From: Candidatus Hydrogenedentota bacterium
GTDB taxonomy: Bacteria; Hydrogenedentota; Hydrogenedentia; Hydrogenedentales; GCA-2746185
Assembly (NCBI GenBank): GCA_046583315.1
Contig: JAYGCN010000343.1
Location: 1-64,000, forward strand
Length of the DNA stretch: 64,000 nucleotides
Direction: 5' to 3'
A program made the translations under genes and the position numbers. Positions 62,248 through 64,000 of this stretch are shown piece by piece (position 1 is the stretch's first letter; the number at the start of each line of letters is the position of its first letter). Below the pieces are notes generated by a model. The model saw nothing but the letters and a program-made list of their open reading frames with translations, searched no databases and was not told the origin of the DNA.

Positions 62248-63948
62248 CTACTTCCACGTCTCCACCAGCTCCTCATAACTCATCGTCATGGGTTGTTGAT
62301 CGGGGCGTTCGGGTTTGGGTGAGCCGGTCTGGTTGAGCCAGTAGCTGGCTTCTTTTTCTTCGTTGAGTTTCGGCGAGTAGGTCGCGAGTTTCATTTTGGA
62401 CATCAAGTTGTCCATCGAAGTCGCGATATTGTCCATGGCCTGTTGCGGCGTTACGTCGCCCGTCACCGCCGGCGCGATGTTCTGCCACCACTGTTCCGCG
62501 AGAAGGGGGTAGTGGGGGACATTTGGGCCTGAATCCGTCCACAACTTCTCGGCTTCCGATTTATAGAAGGTGATCAATCCGCCGAAATCGCCTTCACGTT
62601 CGGCAAGGTAATCGGATTTCACTGTCGACTTGCGAATTGGGGTCTTGCCTTCCATAAACTTTTTCAGGCACACCGTTTTCGATACGCAGAACTGAGCCCA
62701 CAACCACGCCGCATGGCGATCTTTGCCCTTGACGGAGTCCTTTAGAATTGTCCATGACCCCGCGTCCTGATAACCGACCTTCATGCCCTCGTCCCAATAT
62801 TTTCCGTGCGGAGTGGGGGCCACACGCCAAAGCGGTTTCCCGTTGGCATCGGTGACTGGAGAATCCGGCGAGGTAAAGGCATCGTCCGACAACCACGTGG
62901 TGTATTGGAATACCCGTTGCGCAATAATGCCGCGTGACGGAACCGGACCCGCCTCGGACCACGTCATCGAAGCCGCAAAGGGCGGTGCATAGTCTTTCAT
63001 CCACTCCACATACTTCGTGAGCGCATACACGCCCGCTGGACCATTCACCGCGCCGCCACGGGTGACCGAAGAACCCACCGGCACGCCATCTTCCACGCGA
63101 ATGCCCCATTCATCCACCGGCAATCCGTTCGGCAGACCCTTATCACCCACGCCAGCGATCGACAGCCATGCGTCCGTGAATCGCCAACCCAACGACGGCG
63201 ACTTTTTTCCATAATCCATGTGGCCGTAAACAGTCTTGCCGCCTATGTCCATACCTGTAAAGAATTTTGCGATGTCTTCGTAGGCCGCCCAGTTCAACGG
63301 TACGCCCAGCTCGTAGCCATACTGTGATTTGAATTCCGCTTTCAACGCGGGATCGCTGAACCAGTCATAGCGGAACCAATAGAGATTCGCGAACTGCTGA
63401 TCGGGCAGTTGCAACTGGTTGCCGTCGTAATCCTGACCGAATTCCAGATTCAAGAAGTCATCCAGGTCAAGCGTCGGGTTCGTGACATTCGCGCCTTCAC
63501 CCACCATGTACTCCGAAAGATTCAGCGCCGAATCCAACCGCAGATGCGTGCCAATCATGTCCGCATCATTCACATAAATATCGTATAGTTTGCGCTTCGT
63601 TTGAATCTGGCGTTGCACCCTATCAACAATTTCGCCTTCCCCGATGATGTCGTGTGTGACCTTGATGCCCGTAATGTCGAAAAACGCTTTCGCCAGTATC
63701 TCAGACTCCCATTTGTGCGTGCGAATTCCCTCTGCGGCTGATTTGATTTCCATGCCCGCGTACGGCTCTGCGGCTTTTGCGAACCATTCCAATTCCGCAC
63801 GCTGTTCCTCTTTACTCAGCGCAGACGGTTGGAACACGTCAATCCATTCATCGATTGACATGCGCTCGTCTTCATCCCCGCCGCCACATCCAGCGACAAG
63901 CGCACCCAGACCGCACAGGGTCAATCCAAAAGCGAAGGTTTTTTTCAT
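62248..63948 (-). CDS. ABC transporter substrate-binding lipoprotein, glycerol-uptake (GlpV-like) type
   Basis: VAGC lipobox, QLPDQQFANLYWFR, YGYELGVP.NW.AYEDIA, GWRFTDAWLS and GYQDAGSWT. Confidence 0.88.
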   Translation of the reverse strand: MKKTFAFGLTLCGLGALVAGCGGGDEDERMSIDEWIDVFQPSALSKEEQRAELEWFAKAAEPYAGMEIKSAAEGIRTHKWESEILAKAFFDITGIKVTHDIIGEGEIVDRVQRQIQTKRKLYDIYVNDADMIGTHLRLDSALNLSEYMVGEGANVTNPTLDLDDFLNLEFGQDYDGNQLQLPDQQFANLYWFRYDWFSDPALKAEFKSQYGYELGVPLNWAAYEDIAKFFTGMDIGGKTVYGHMDYGKKSPSLGWRFTDAWLSIAGVGDKGLPNGLPVDEWGIRVEDGVPVGSSVTRGGAVNGPAGVYALTKYVEWMKDYAPPFAASMTWSEAGPVPSRGIIAQRVFQYTTWLSDDAFTSPDSPVTDANGKPLWRVAPTPHGKYWDEGMKVGYQDAGSWTILKDSVKGKDRHAAWLWAQFCVSKTVCLKKFMEGKTPIRKSTVKSDYLAEREGDFGGLITFYKSEAEKLWTDSGPNVPHYPLLAEQWWQNIAPAVTGDVTPQQAMDNIATSMDNLMSKMKLATYSPKLNEEKEASYWLNQTGSPKPERPDQQPMTMSYEELVETWK

Positions 63949-64000
63949 GGTGAGACATCCTTCCACGCAGGTTACCAATCAACAGGTTTCCCCCCATGGT

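Overview
A 64-kb bacterial chromosomal segment (standard genetic code; roughly mid-50s % GC by eye, not computed). The paralog content (three PQQ-like beta-propellers, FG-GAP, HEAT/PA14, Tat-exported Gfo/Idh/MocA, ceramidase-like) resembles Planctomycetota or Ca. Hydrogenedentota; this is inference only. The window opens with a divergent, sigma-54-driven nitrate-assimilation pair (NarK-type transporter and a NirB-NirD fusion). An accessory stretch at about 4.5-25 kb holds several broken genes. The right half has intact catabolic and housekeeping genes (galK, purE, fumC, coaD, larB, larC, 5-oxoprolinase, glycerol-type ABC binding protein). The main discovery is a three-gene minus-strand operon at 20.6-25.1 kb that is fragmented in the ORF track and appears only when in-frame stops and frameshifts are read through. 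It comprises a PDZ-like/multi-TM/GAF/Ser-Thr kinase receptor, a ~187-aa protein ending in a C-terminal Trp, and a class I isoprenoid-synthase-fold enzyme. This resembles a ComQXP-type prenylated-peptide signalling system wired to a Hanks-type kinase, here decayed. Also notable are a StyC-like/StyA-like coupled gene pair, a HupE/UreJ protein with a long duplicated His/Asp tail, and a TetR-controlled heme c/Cu-monooxygenase/EF-hand protein. No rRNA, tRNA, CRISPR array or transposase was recognised.
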